Assembly: GCA_963789265.1 (NCBI GenBank)
Contig: CAWBKB010000004.1
Location: 128,001-192,000, forward strand
DNA from: an uncultured delta proteobacterium
Lineage (GTDB): Bacteria > Desulfobacterota > Desulfomonilia > Desulfomonilales > Desulfomonilaceae
Length of the DNA: 64,000 nt
Direction: 5' to 3'
Shown here: in pieces, positions 50,051-61,000 of the stretch
How the letters are laid out: each line of letters starts with the position of its first letter
Position numbering within the stretch: position 1 is the first letter of the stretch
Notes under the pieces: model-generated
Seen by the model: the letters and a program-made list of their open reading frames with translations, nothing else
Database searches by the model: none
What the model was told of the DNA's origin: nothing
Made by a program: the position numbers and the translations under genes

Positions 50051-52069
50051 ATGCACGCGTTCAAGGATCTCAGAGAGCGAATCAACGAACTGGAAGATCT
50101 GCTGGAGACCGCTGATCGAAAGGCGGACATCCTAACTAACCTCTTGAAGGAGGCCAATGCAGAATTCGAGCGCGCTCTGGAATTGGTCACCAGAACCGAG
50201 ACCAATTTTAGAGCGGTTTTTGAAAGCGCTCCGGAGGCAATCTACATAATCGACACGGAAACTTTGGAAATCGTCCACTGCAATCCCTTTATTATAAAGT
50301 GGTTAGGGTACAGCCGAGAAGAACTCCTGTCCATGAAAATGGATGACATAATAGTTGCTGACAATGCGGAGGTACACAATAACATCAGGAAGGCGTTGGA
50401 CAACGAGGTTGTGCATGTCCAGGAACGCAAGTACCGCAAGAAGGACGGAACCGTAGTAGATGCCGAAGTCACCGGCACCCTCGTGGAGTATGAGAGCAAG
50501 AAGTGTCTTGCAATCCTGGTAAGGGATATTGCCGAACGAAAACAGTTGGAAGAACTGTCCAGATACAAAGAACTCTTTGAAAGCGTCAGCGACCCGGTGT
50601 TCATAAACGACTTTCAGGGGCGCTTTCTCGAAGTAAATGAGGGCGCGTGCCAGGTCTTCGGCTATTCCCGAGACCAGCTTTTAAAGATGAGCGTGAAGGA
50701 CCTGACAAAACGGAATCAAATAGAAATCGTATCTGAGAACGGGAAGGTGATACAGAAAGGGTGGGCGGCAAGATTTGAAATGGAGTTGGTCCCACAAAAT
50801 GGGGAACCCATGCCATTTGAATTCCACGCGAGACCTATCACTTACAAGGGAAAACGGGCCACATTGAGCGTGGCTAGAGATCTGAGCCTCAGAAAGAAGC
50901 TGGAAGAAGCTCTGATAAGGACGGAGCGTCTCACAGCGGTTGGTGAAATGGCGAGCGGAATCGCCCACAACTTCAACAATCTTCTCCAAATGGTCATGGG
51001 CGCAGGCCAGGCTGCACTGGTGAAGCTGAACTCGGGCAAGGCGAGCCAGTGCCGAGAAGCAATCACCGCGATCCTGACTTCTTGCGAGCGTGGAGCGGAT
51101 GTCGTCAGAAGAATCAGGGAATTTACAGGTGTTAGGGGCGATGAGTTTGCGCAATCCCGAAACTTCGATCTAGCCGAACTGGTTCGGGAAGCGGTAGAAC
51201 TCACCAAGCCCCTTTGGAAAGATCTCCCTAGATCGCAGAAGTACCAGATAAACCTGATGAATACTAAGAAATCCTATGTGAAAGGAAAGCCTTCCGACAT
51301 ATATGAAGTGCTGGTCAATCTGATCAAAAACGCTGTTGAGGCTATGCCGGAGGGGGGCGTGCTCACCATTGGTACGCACACAGAAAAAGGGAAAGTTCGT
51401 CTCTACGTATCTGATACCGGCCATGGAATTCCCAAGAGCAATCTCCAGCGAATTTTTGAGCCTTTCTTCACCACAAAGGGGCTGAAAAGTAGCGGACTTG
51501 GCCTGTCGTCCAGCTATGGTATCATCAACAAGCATCAAGGAGAAATTCACGTTGAGAGCGCTGTCGGGCAGGGCACAACATTCTCGGTGATTCTTCCCGC
51601 TGCACGAGCTGCCAGGAAGAGAAGAATCGTCAACAAGAAAATAACGGCGGCAGCAGGCCCCAAGCTCAGATTCCTTATAATCGACGATGAGGTCAACATC
51701 TTGAAGGCCATCACCATGTTCTTTGAGGACTCGGAACTTGAAATCGCTACGGCTTCTTCCGGTGAAGAGGGGCTTAGGAAGTTTCAAGAGGAGGGCGCTG
51801 ACGCGATCCTTTGCGATCTCGGCATGGATGGCATGAACGGCTGGGAAGTAGGGGAATCCATAAAAAGCTTTTGCGAATCCAAAGGTATTCCCAAACCGCC
51901 TTTTCTCATCTACACAGGATGGGACACCAAAATCGAATCCAAAGAATTGCAGCAAAAAGGCGTGGATCGCGTCGTGACGAAACCTGTACCCTACGACCAA
52001 CTGCTGCGCATTGTCCGGAAAGAAGTTTCCGTAGGGAAAGAGCGCGCGAAGAAAGCGCTACACAATTGA
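50051..52069 (+). CDS. Hybrid PAS-PAS histidine kinase with receiver domain
   Basis: Two PAS domains; IAHNFNNLL, NLIKNA, DTGHG, FFTTK and GLGL; receiver IIDDE/LCD/KP. Confidence 0.93.
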   Translation: MHAFKDLRERINELEDLLETADRKADILTNLLKEANAEFERALELVTRTETNFRAVFESAPEAIYIIDTETLEIVHCNPFIIKWLGYSREELLSMKMDDIIVADNAEVHNNIRKALDNEVVHVQERKYRKKDGTVVDAEVTGTLVEYESKKCLAILVRDIAERKQLEELSRYKELFESVSDPVFINDFQGRFLEVNEGACQVFGYSRDQLLKMSVKDLTKRNQIEIVSENGKVIQKGWAARFEMELVPQNGEPMPFEFHARPITYKGKRATLSVARDLSLRKKLEEALIRTERLTAVGEMASGIAHNFNNLLQMVMGAGQAALVKLNSGKASQCREAITAILTSCERGADVVRRIREFTGVRGDEFAQSRNFDLAELVREAVELTKPLWKDLPRSQKYQINLMNTKKSYVKGKPSDIYEVLVNLIKNAVEAMPEGGVLTIGTHTEKGKVRLYVSDTGHGIPKSNLQRIFEPFFTTKGLKSSGLGLSSSYGIINKHQGEIHVESAVGQGTTFSVILPAARAARKRRIVNKKITAAAGPKLRFLIIDDEVNILKAITMFFEDSELEIATASSGEEGLRKFQEEGADAILCDLGMDGMNGWEVGESIKSFCESKGIPKPPFLIYTGWDTKIESKELQQKGVDRVVTKPVPYDQLLRIVRKEVSVGKERAKKALHN

Positions 52070-52088
52070 ACCGTCAATGTTCCTGGGC

Positions 52089-52400
52089 TCATTTTCCCTT
52101 TTGAGTGATCATCTCCCAGAGCACAACCTCCGCCGGCTGCGCCAGGATTTCGCTTGACCGAGCGAAAAAATCCCTTAGGTAAGGCATGTTGAGGTGCTCG
52201 TCCAGTACCTTCTTGCTGGTCCAGTTCTCGTAAAGCATGAAGGTCCTCTTGTCATCGAGTGATTGGTGCAGGTCATAGTTGATGCAGCCCGGTTCTTTGC
52301 GGGTCGGCCCGACGAGGGCCATCACCGCTTCTCGGACCTGTTGCTCCATACCAGGCTTTGCTTTGATGGTCGCCAGAACGGTTACCGGATTATCAGCCAT
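52089..52400 (-). CDS. ABM-domain (putative quinol monooxygenase) protein
   Basis: TRKEPGCINYDLH, YENW and H. Confidence 0.88.
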   Translation of the reverse strand: MADNPVTVLATIKAKPGMEQQVREAVMALVGPTRKEPGCINYDLHQSLDDKRTFMLYENWTSKKVLDEHLNMPYLRDFFARSSEILAQPAEVVLWEMITQKGK

Positions 52401-52584
52401 TCTCCTCTCCTCCTATTTTCGTCCAGTCATCACATCCACCGTATGGTGGTTTAACCTTTTTGAGTCTCCGGCACAAGCCTTTGGCGGATGAGCTTACCCG
52501 ATAGCTGTTATCTTCACAAACCTCCCTTTTCCCGCCCCAATTCTCGCAAGTCCCACAAACCTGTTTGCTGGTGTCCAGATCCAT
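52393..52584 (-). CDS. Small Cys-rich protein, possibly HiPIP-like Fe-S
   Basis: CGTCENW...GLC...GGCDDW; AGGAG RBS; operonic spacing. Confidence 0.7.
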   Translation of the reverse strand: MDLDTSKQVCGTCENWGGKREVCEDNSYRVSSSAKGLCRRLKKVKPPYGGCDDWTKIGGEENG

Positions 52585-52596
52585 GTGATAGCACTC

Positions 52597-52758
52597 CTAT
52601 GACGCCTTTTCAAAGAATTCCTTTCCCACTCCGCAGTTGGGACAGAACCACGAATCGGGGAGGTCCTCGAACGCAGTGCCCGGATTGATTCCGCGTTCGG
52701 GATCGCCCACAACGGGATCGTAAATGTGGCCGCACGCGGTGCATTCCCATTTTGCCAC
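52597..52758 (-). CDS. Rubredoxin
   Basis: [12 protein letters not shown]...[18 protein letters not shown]. Confidence 0.95.
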   Translation of the reverse strand: MAKWECTACGHIYDPVVGDPERGINPGTAFEDLPDSWFCPNCGVGKEFFEKAS

Positions 52759-52797
52759 GACATAATCTCCTTCGATTGCGCGGTACAAGCCGCGAAT

Positions 52798-53481
52798 TTA
52801 CTCCTTCAGCCCCAGGACTCTCAAAAACCGTCCCATGCCTTCCTTTTTCAAAATAACCCCTAGTCTCATATTTCTGGTCGAATGTCTGAGGGATGCGCCG
52901 CGATAGTATTTGAGGATCGCCTCCGTCAAATCCAATACCTGGTCGTCGCTCATATTCCGGGCGATGACTTCACCGAGCATCGGATCTTTGCCGCCTGCGC
53001 CGCCCGCCATTATGATCCATCCCTTCGGAAGCCCGATGAGCCCGATGTCTTTGATCGCCGGCTCCACGCAGGAATTGTAGCACCCCGCAATGCCGATCTT
53101 CACTTTCGCGGTTATTTTCGGGAATGGGTGAAAGCGCTCGATCAGCTTTTGTGCGAACGACACCGTGTCGCGCTGGCCACGCGTGCAGAATGAATTTCCC
53201 GGGCAGACTTTCACGTACTGCTGGCAAAGGGCGGCTCCGACCTGTGGCTTTACGCCCAGAGCATCATAAAGTTTGTCAATGTCCACTTCCTTGACGCCCA
53301 AGAGTGCCAAGCGCTGGGCTCCCGTCAATTTGAGGGTTTTCACTCCGAAGGATTCGCAAGCCTCAACGATTCTTCTCGCGGTGCCCGGATCCATGATCCC
53401 ACCTATAAGCGGAGCCATGATAGCGTAGCTCTGGCAGTCTTTTTGAAGAATTGCGGCTTTGGATAAGATATCGTCAGCCAT
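52798..53481 (-). CDS. Half-size nitrite/sulfite reductase (siroheme-4Fe4S) family protein
   Basis: Motifs LKLTGAQR, CPGNSFC and KIGIAGCYNSC. Confidence 0.85.
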   Translation of the reverse strand: MADDILSKAAILQKDCQSYAIMAPLIGGIMDPGTARRIVEACESFGVKTLKLTGAQRLALLGVKEVDIDKLYDALGVKPQVGAALCQQYVKVCPGNSFCTRGQRDTVSFAQKLIERFHPFPKITAKVKIGIAGCYNSCVEPAIKDIGLIGLPKGWIIMAGGAGGKDPMLGEVIARNMSDDQVLDLTEAILKYYRGASLRHSTRNMRLGVILKKEGMGRFLRVLGLKE

Positions 53482-53496
53482 TCTTGCCTCACAGTG

Positions 53497-54165
53497 CTAG
53501 ATCCGGATAGCTTTCTTGAATTCATCCAGGCCAATTTTGTCTATCACCCTGCCAAGGCGCACTTTATGGGCCCAGGCGCAACCTTCAAAAAAATGTATGA
53601 TTTTGGCCACGCTGGACTCCGCTTCCGCGTCGGTAAGACCCTCAGCGAGGACGTCTCCGAACCTGGGTTTTGCCCCACAGGTCCCCCCTGCGGTGAGAGT
53701 CCACCCCTCAGCCGTCCCCTTCAGGCCGATTTCTTTGACCGAAGGTGCAGCACAGCCATACTCACACCCTGCAACGCCGATCTTGAATTTAGCCGGCATA
53801 GGATAGCCGTGATACAGGCTATCCAATTTCAAACCCATGCCCATAGCATCTTGTTTCCCATGCCTACAGTATGTAGTTCCTGGGCAAAATTTGACCATAC
53901 GCACATAAAGGCCGATAGCGTAGCCGATACTCATCTCGAGGTCATGCCATACCGAGTCCAAATCCTCCTCTTTGAGCCCTATGATGGCGATGCGCTGGCC
54001 TGACGTCAGTTTGAGAGCCGAAGCGCCGTATTTCTCAGCAACCTCCACTATCTTCCTGAACGCGACCACATCCAGAAAGCCTCCGGGAACGTGAGGGGCA
54101 ATGGCATAGGTCTCTCTGTCCTGTTGCAGGATTGCTCCACTTTTCTCCAAAATGTCGGCTTTCAT
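53497..54165 (-). CDS. Half-size nitrite/sulfite reductase (siroheme-4Fe4S) family protein
   Basis: Motifs GAILQQD, LKLTSGQR, CPGTTYC and KFKIGVAGCEYGC. Confidence 0.85.
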   Translation of the reverse strand: MKADILEKSGAILQQDRETYAIAPHVPGGFLDVVAFRKIVEVAEKYGASALKLTSGQRIAIIGLKEEDLDSVWHDLEMSIGYAIGLYVRMVKFCPGTTYCRHGKQDAMGMGLKLDSLYHGYPMPAKFKIGVAGCEYGCAAPSVKEIGLKGTAEGWTLTAGGTCGAKPRFGDVLAEGLTDAEAESSVAKIIHFFEGCAWAHKVRLGRVIDKIGLDEFKKAIRI

Positions 54166-54205
54166 TCTGCACCTACCACGCACTTGACTACCGGCTGTTC
54201 GGACG

Positions 54206-54481
54206 CTATACCTCTGCGCTGGTGGGATCGATGATCCGTTTCACCTCAGATACACGATTCGCAGGGAATCCCCCCTCTTGAGCGTGCTTTTTAATCAGCT
54301 CCGCATTGGGTGAAATGTACACGCAGTAGATTTTGTCATCGGTGACATAACTTTCTACCCACTGGATCTGAGGCCCCAGTTTTTCCAGGACGTCGCGGGA
54401 TTTTTGCGAAATGGCCTGAATCTGGTCTCCGGAAAGACTTCCGGCACCCGGCAGTTCCCGCTCGATAACATACTTCGGCAT
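54206..54481 (-). CDS. DUF4242 family protein
   Basis: MPKYVIERELPGAG...IQWVESYVTDDKIYCVY...HAQEGGFPANRVSEV. Confidence 0.88.
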   Translation of the reverse strand: MPKYVIERELPGAGSLSGDQIQAISQKSRDVLEKLGPQIQWVESYVTDDKIYCVYISPNAELIKKHAQEGGFPANRVSEVKRIIDPTSAEV

Positions 54482-54605
54482 AGTCAATACCTCCTGTTTT
54501 TTTTGGATTGTTGCAGTTTCAACCCGCCGCCGACTATCGAACACACTCTCAAGATTTCACATTCCCACGGGATTTTTGAGTCGCCCTCCTGCCTGTCCTG
54601 ACATG

Positions 54606-55094
54606 TCATTCCTCGCCTAGGGCGGTTTTGACCAATTCAGGCAAGCGGTCAGCGTTCTCTATCAGTTTCAGATACGTCTCTTTGGACAATTCTTCGTAGG
54701 TCAACGCACCAGTAGGGCAAACCTTGACGCATGTAGGGTCACCGTCACAAAGGTCGCATTTCAAGACACGCCCGTTGTCCCGGTCAACAAACGTAGCTCC
54801 GAAAGGGCATGCAGATACACAGCTCAAGCAACCGATGCAGCGATAGGGGTCCACGGCCATAGCTCCAGTAGAATAATTGCGATAGGTTGCGCGCTTGGGG
54901 CAAACCATCTCACAGGAGGGTTCCTGACATCTCATGCAATTGATCGGGACAAAAATACCTTCTCGTTCCCATTTCACCACATGTATCCGCCCCTTGGACG
55001 GACACGAGTACCCTTCATGCTTCAGCGAACAATACGCTTCGCAAGTTCTGCATCCCGAGCACTTACGGGCGTCAACAATCAACGTCTTAATCAT
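54606..55094 (-). CDS. 4x4Fe-4S dicluster electron-transfer protein (HydN/CooF/AOR small subunit-like)
   Basis: Motifs CSGCRTCEAYC, CMRCQEPSCEMVCP, CIGCLSCVSACP and KCDLC...CVKVCP. Confidence 0.9.
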   Translation of the reverse strand: MIKTLIVDARKCSGCRTCEAYCSLKHEGYSCPSKGRIHVVKWEREGIFVPINCMRCQEPSCEMVCPKRATYRNYSTGAMAVDPYRCIGCLSCVSACPFGATFVDRDNGRVLKCDLCDGDPTCVKVCPTGALTYEELSKETYLKLIENADRLPELVKTALGEE

Positions 55095-55209
55095 GAGATT
55101 CTTCCTTCGCCGGTTCCGATGGCCACGGTCGCCTGCCATCAAAGTGGATTCGCAATAACCGTCACATATAGCGATTCTCAAAAGTAATCACGAAAAGAGA
55201 AAATGGCTT

Positions 55210-55281
55210 GGTGGCGACGCCCCGCACGGAACGCGGAGTTGCCCGTCATCCCAATAGACAGGCTGGAAGCCTGTCCCACCA
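55210..55281. repeat. REP-like element related to the MITE cores
   Basis: GGTGG...CCCGCACGGAACGCGG...ACAGGCTGGAAGCCTGTCCCACC resembles segments of 28165-28352 and 10551-10574. Confidence 0.55.
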
Positions 55282-55346
55282 ATCCGAATTAGATGCCGAG
55301 ACTCATTGCGTATCACGACAATACTTTTGAGAATCGCCATACGTCC

Positions 55347-56648
55347 TCAAAACGGCAGCAGCCCCAACTCGATGCGGCTTTTCGCTTCTTCGCGTCCGAG
55401 ATTGCGAACTGAAGCTTCCTCAACCGCTTTCCTTACGATAAAACAGCGCAACGAGTTGTTCTCAGCGGAGCTGTCAAGAATCTCAATGTGAGTTACCATT
55501 GCATTTGGGTCTGTCTCGTAGCGGTGAGCAATAAGCCCCTGTGGAGACTCGAGAGTCGCGTAACCCACGACATCCGATGCTGAAGGCAAGTTGCGAATAG
55601 CCGGTCCGGTGAGTTTCTCATTAGAGCACAGTTCGACCAGCTTCTCGGCCGCCTGAATCGCCTCCACCACCAGTGACCAATAGGCCGCAGCCACACTAAA
55701 ATGAGGAGTCGGGCCAATGGTCTCGGTGAGCAATCGTCTTTCTTCTTCAGCGTGAGGATATTGAAGCTCATTTCCAGTGTTCAACCTCGCGAGAGCGCCG
55801 ACAAAATACAGGCTGTCCGAGCTTTCCGGTTCAGAAGCACTCCAGCCTTTTTCCTTCAGGAACGCGAAAGGTTCGTAGGACCATGTTTCCCGATGGAGTC
55901 CGATTTTCTCGAAAATCTTGTCAGGGATGATCTGATCCACCTCTTTGCCTTCCGGATCTCTTACAATCACTTTTCCGTTGCCCATAGTGATAGAAGGCAT
56001 GGGGTGGAACCGGAATTCCAGGAGATCGTCCATCATTCCGGATCCTCGAAAAATGCTTTCTCGCAAGAGTTTGGCTAGTTGACTCAAAATTAGTACGCAC
56101 TGGTGAGAAATCTCGGAGAGTCGAGGATAGTGAGAGTCCTTCAAGAACCGGCTCACACCGCCCGGCACGGCTGAAAGCGGATGGTCCGCTCGTCCCCCGA
56201 GTATCGCGGCAGCTTCTTGGGCCAAGGCTACGCAACTCATAATTTCATCAAAAAGTTGATACGGAAAGTGCGTGCGGCTTTCCGAAGCATCCCACATGGG
56301 GTAACTCTTGAACGGGTTGACCTCGGATGTAAGGAGGAAATATAGTTTCCGCAGATGATGCCGTATAAATTGCGCCTGCAGAAATGCTTCTCTGATGATT
56401 ACAGCCGGTTCGGGCGGCTCTACGTTGAAAAGCCTGTCCAGGGCCATTGCCGAGACCAAATGATGGGCCGGCGACAGGATGCCGAGGATGCGCGGCAGTT
56501 CTTCCACGGGCCTGCCCGCGGCCATGCCGCATATATCTCTCAGGTTCGTTATCTGAAAGTAAGCCTTTGTGAGTCCGTTCTCATTGACGATCGCCACGCG
56601 AGCGGGCCGCTCCTGCCATCTTAATGGCTCGAGGATAGTCGTCGGCAT
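55347..56648 (-). CDS. MvhA-like [NiFe]-hydrogenase large-subunit homologue lacking Ni-Fe ligands
   Basis: Motifs GRPVEELPRILGILSPAHHLVS, GGRADHP, VPGG, VGALARL and ESPQGLIAHRY. Both CxxC motifs are absent. Confidence 0.82.
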   Translation of the reverse strand: MPTTILEPLRWQERPARVAIVNENGLTKAYFQITNLRDICGMAAGRPVEELPRILGILSPAHHLVSAMALDRLFNVEPPEPAVIIREAFLQAQFIRHHLRKLYFLLTSEVNPFKSYPMWDASESRTHFPYQLFDEIMSCVALAQEAAAILGGRADHPLSAVPGGVSRFLKDSHYPRLSEISHQCVLILSQLAKLLRESIFRGSGMMDDLLEFRFHPMPSITMGNGKVIVRDPEGKEVDQIIPDKIFEKIGLHRETWSYEPFAFLKEKGWSASEPESSDSLYFVGALARLNTGNELQYPHAEEERRLLTETIGPTPHFSVAAAYWSLVVEAIQAAEKLVELCSNEKLTGPAIRNLPSASDVVGYATLESPQGLIAHRYETDPNAMVTHIEILDSSAENNSLRCFIVRKAVEEASVRNLGREEAKSRIELGLLPF

Positions 56649-56652
56649 TACT

Positions 56653-57624
56653 TCATTCCTCCGTTGGAGCCGGCATCAGGACACACTGCGCGGGTAGGGT
56701 GTATCTATAGAAGGTTCCGGAAAGATCGACGAAATTGCTGGAAAGCTCCTCAATCTCCGCTGCAATCGTAGAGTCGAAAGTGGAGCTAATGGCAGACACC
56801 ATTTTCGCACCTGCATCCAAAACTGCTTCAGCCTTCCCGAAGCATCCTCTGCAGCCCGCACCAATTGCCGTGCACAGCCCTCCACATCCTTCGCGTGTGG
56901 CAAGCCCTTGACATATCAGGCCCTGTTCCAGGAGACATCGACCCGTGTCAGGAGCGATCTGATACGATCTTCTAAATTCGGAAAATTTCTTTTCCTCTTT
57001 CACCCGGGAACAACTCGCACAGACGGCCTTTTCACCGGCAAATGTGGTTCCGAGCGGCGGCATAGTGCCCGATGTAACGCTCAAGCTGATGGATTCAGAC
57101 AACCTTGAGGCGGCATAAGTGATTCGGGCCCCGGATTCTCCCTGGCATACAAGGGATTGCAGCGCGGCCCAGAGAAGGTTTTGAGTGGGCGGACATCCGG
57201 GGACAAAGTAATCTACCGGCACCACAGCGTCTAGACTGGAAACCCTTGATTCAATGCGCGGGAGACCGGGAGCCTCTTGCGTAGTCGCGGGCGGCTCGGA
57301 GGACTGCGGAGGAGCCAAATTGGCCAGACCGGGCAGCCCACCGAATGCGGCACATGATCCACAGGCCACCAGGATTTTCGATTTCTCACGAAGTCTGAGT
57401 AATGCCTCGCGATCTGCTTCAGTTCCGATTGCGCCGGCGAACAGAGCAACGTCCACCATAGGTCCGCTTTTGAGATCTTCCCAACGAGATGCCAGCACAA
57501 ACGGCCAGAACGAGAATTCAGCCCAGCGAGTTAGTGACGTGACCTGATAATGGATGTCCAGTATTGCGTTTTCACAGGCTGAGCAACCGGTCGCGGTGAA
57601 AGCGGCTAATTTCTTCTTAGGCAA
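56653..57624 (-). CDS. mvhG: MvhG-like hydrogenase small Fe-S subunit
   Basis: Motifs GCSACE, ACGSCAAFGG, PGCPP, VCASC, CLLEQGLICQG and CRGCFG; TTG start behind AGGAG. Confidence 0.82.
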   Translation of the reverse strand: MPKKKLAAFTATGCSACENAILDIHYQVTSLTRWAEFSFWPFVLASRWEDLKSGPMVDVALFAGAIGTEADREALLRLREKSKILVACGSCAAFGGLPGLANLAPPQSSEPPATTQEAPGLPRIESRVSSLDAVVPVDYFVPGCPPTQNLLWAALQSLVCQGESGARITYAASRLSESISLSVTSGTMPPLGTTFAGEKAVCASCSRVKEEKKFSEFRRSYQIAPDTGRCLLEQGLICQGLATREGCGGLCTAIGAGCRGCFGKAEAVLDAGAKMVSAISSTFDSTIAAEIEELSSNFVDLSGTFYRYTLPAQCVLMPAPTEE

Positions 57625-58060
57625 TTCGGGCCACTCCTTTCGCCGCTTTTGCCTTTGGGGAAACATACGGGCCTAACGCTCGAACCTCTTCGATCATCTC
57701 ATTGATGAATTTGGCATAGTGAGGCGATTCAGATGCGGCAATCCATTCCAAGCGGAAACGTTTCTCTTCCACTCCCAACTCGGAAAGTAGTTTTTTAAGG
57801 AGAAACGACCGGCGGAGAGCCTTGATATTGCCCGCCAGGTAGTGACAATCGCCGGGATGACATCCGGCGATCAGCACGCCATCGGCTCCCGAAGCGAATG
57901 CTTTGAGCACGTAGTTTGGGTCTACCATTCCCGAGCAGAATACCCGGATAATCCTGAAGTTCGCTTTTTGCACAAAGCGGGCTACACCCGCAGCATCTGC
58001 CGCAACGTACGAGCACCAGTTGCAAAGAAATGCGATAATTTTCGGCTCAAAATCGTTCAT
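57617..58060 (-). CDS. mvhD: MvhD 2Fe-2S subunit (Cys form)
   Basis: Motifs FLCNWCSY, CSG and GCHPGDCHY. Confidence 0.95.
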   Translation of the reverse strand: MNDFEPKIIAFLCNWCSYVAADAAGVARFVQKANFRIIRVFCSGMVDPNYVLKAFASGADGVLIAGCHPGDCHYLAGNIKALRRSFLLKKLLSELGVEEKRFRLEWIAASESPHYAKFINEMIEEVRALGPYVSPKAKAAKGVARIA

Positions 58061-61000
58061 CCCAAAATCCCCTCAATCTGGGCAAATATCTGTTCGGGGG
58101 TGTAGTGCCTGACCTTGATGGCCGCCATAGGGCAGGCAGCCGCGCACGTCCCACATCCCTGGCATAGCGCATCGTTGATAGAGGCAACCTTCTGCCGTTC
58201 GTCAAATGAAATCGCATTGTATGCGCACAAGCCTGCGCATGTCTTACAGCCTGTACACAGGCGTTCGTCCAGGCGGGCAACGGTGGGATCGATTTCAACC
58301 TGCCCGATGCTGAACAGGGTCAGCGCTTCAGCCGCGGCAGCGCCGCCCTGAGCAACAGACTCGGGGATGTCCTTGGGGCCTTGAGCCCCTCCTGCAAGAA
58401 AGATTCCTGCCAATGAAGTTTGAGCAGGCCCCAGCTTTGGGTGCAATTCCATAAAGAAACCGTACCTGTCAGTGGAGAGGTTCAGTGCTCGAGCCACTGT
58501 CGTATAGTCTCGCTGAGGAGTTAGGCCGGTTGCCAGGACCACAAGATCCGCCTCGATTTCTACCGGGGCACCGGCGAGACTGTCCTCTCCCCGAACCACC
58601 AGGCGGTCGCGTTCTCGAAAAACCCTGGCGACTCTTCCCCGGATATACTGGGCCCGTTCCTCCTCGATCGCACGTCGAAGGAACTCCTCGTATCCTTTGC
58701 CTCCCGCCCGGTTGTCTATGTAGAATACATAGGCCTGCCCTTGAGGATTGTGGTGCTTGAAGATGCTGAGCTGCTTGGCGCTGATCATGCAGCACACCTT
58801 TGAACAGTATTCGTTTCCTTTGGCCCGATCCCGTGAACCTACGCACTGTATGAAGACCACACTGTTGGGAACCTTTCCGTCGCTGGGCCTGAGAATTTTG
58901 CCGCCAGTGGGGCCGGAAGCGTTGCAAAGGCGTTCGAACTGGAGATTTGTGATCACGTCGGGGTATTTGCCGTGGCCGTATTCGGGGTATCGGCCGGCAT
59001 CAAAGACGTCGACGCCGGTTGCCACCATGATGGCCCCCACTTCCAGTTCGCGGATTCGTTCCTTCTCGTTGAGGTTAATGGCTTGGGGTCCACATTTGCG
59101 GACGCATTCACCACACTGGCAGCAAAGACCGCACCAAAGACAACGTTGACCTTCCTGCTTCGCAATTTCCTCAGTGAACCCCAATTCTATCTGGTCAAAC
59201 GAGGTCACACGTGTTTCAGGTGGAAGCATCGGCATTGCATGGCGCCCGATCCGTTTGGCGCGATTTCTCTCAGCCTCGTTGAGTTCCTTGTCCACCGGCC
59301 TTTCTTTGGGCTCCACTTCTCTGAGCCCGCCGAACTCCAAGTAATTGTGAATCGAAATGGCTGCTTGTCGCCCGTGGGCTACCGCTTGAACGAATGTAGC
59401 GGGCCCGAGTGTGCAGTCACCACCTGCAAAGACGCCCGGACGAGTAGTGGCCAGGGTCTCCGGATCGGTGAGGATCCTACCGCCGGGCGCTAACTGGAGG
59501 TCCAGATTGCCTACGGCCTGCCCCTCGGAGGCCTGGCCGATAGCCAAGAAGACAGCATCGCAAGATACCTCGATCATCTCGTTTTCATCAAACTTGGGGC
59601 TAAATACTCCGTTCTCGTCAAATACCGCAGTACAACGCTTGAACTCCACAGCCCGGATCGCGCCGGCTTCGCCCGTGAATCTTTTTGGGCCCCATGAATT
59701 GTGAATGAACAAGCCTTCTTCGTATGCCTCGGAAATTTCTCGTTCCGCAGCGGGCATTTCATCTTTAGCTTCCAGGCATATCAGATCCACGCGCTCTGCA
59801 CCCAGGCGAATCGCTGTCCGGGCCACGTCTATCGCTACGTTACCGCCCCCAATGACGACCACCTGTTTCCCCATGTTGACATTTTCTTTAAAAGCGACCT
59901 TTCGCAGCAGGTCAATGCCGCCCATGATCCCGTCGAGGTCTTCCCCCTCAATGCCCAACCCGCGGCTTACATGCAGGCCGGTAGACAGAAAGACTGCCTG
60001 ATAGCCTTGATCTTCAAGACCCTCAAGCGTGATGTCCCGGCCGAAGGTCATGCCGGTGCGGAATGCAACTCCCATTGCACGGATGTTTTCTAACTCTCCA
60101 TCGATGATGTCGCGGGCCAATCGGTAGTCCGGGATTCCCACAGTCAGCATTCCGCCGAGGACTGAGAGTTTCTCGAAAACCGTGACCTCATAGCCCTCAA
60201 TTGCCAGGTAATAAGACGCGGACAAGCCGGCGGGACCGGAACCCACCACAGCAACCTTTTTTCCGCGAGACTCCTTCATCGGCGGATTTGAGTGTAATCC
60301 GTGCTCGCGTTCGTAATCTCCCAGGAAACGCTTGGTGTAGCAGATTGCCGACGGTGCATCCAATTGCCCTCTCTTGCAAGCGCTTTCGCAAGGACGCACG
60401 CAGATACGGCCGCAAATCGAAGCAAATGGCATGCGTTCCCGAACCAGGGCAAGAGCTTCTGCGAATTTGCCTGCTCCAGTCAGAGTCATGTAACCTTGGA
60501 CGTTCACCCCTGCCGGACAAGCCGCCTGGCATGGGGGCATTCCTTCCCGCATGATGGAAAAAGTGTTGGGTATGGCCTGCGGGAAAGGGCGGCTTATGGG
60601 GTGGCGGGTTGTCATGCCCAGTTCGAATGGGCTGGGTATATCAATCGGGCATGCCTGCTGGCAGTCTCCACAGCCGGTGCATTTGTCGAGTCTTACGTAC
60701 CTAGGTTTCTGCCGGACTCGAACTTTGAAGTTGCCCACAAATCCGCTCAAATCCATGATCTGAGATTTGGTCAAAATCTCAATATTGGGATGTCTCCCAA
60801 CCTCACTGGTCTTGGGAGTCAGGATGCATCCGGAGCAGTCAAGGGTGGGAAAGGTTTTGTCAAACTGGGCCATCTTCCCGCCGATGATTTCTTCTCTTTC
60901 TACAAGGTAAACCTGGTAACCCGCGTTGGCGATCTTCAGAGCGGCGGTAATCCCGGCAATGCCGCCACCAACAATCATGGCTTTGGGATTCACCGACTTT

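Noticed and set aside
55347..56648. A functional [NiFe] hydrogenase, or Sec codons replacing the missing Cys
   Set aside because: The ligand positions are sense codons for non-Cys residues. The terminal TGA after LLPF is not followed by a CxxC-like continuation that I can recognise.
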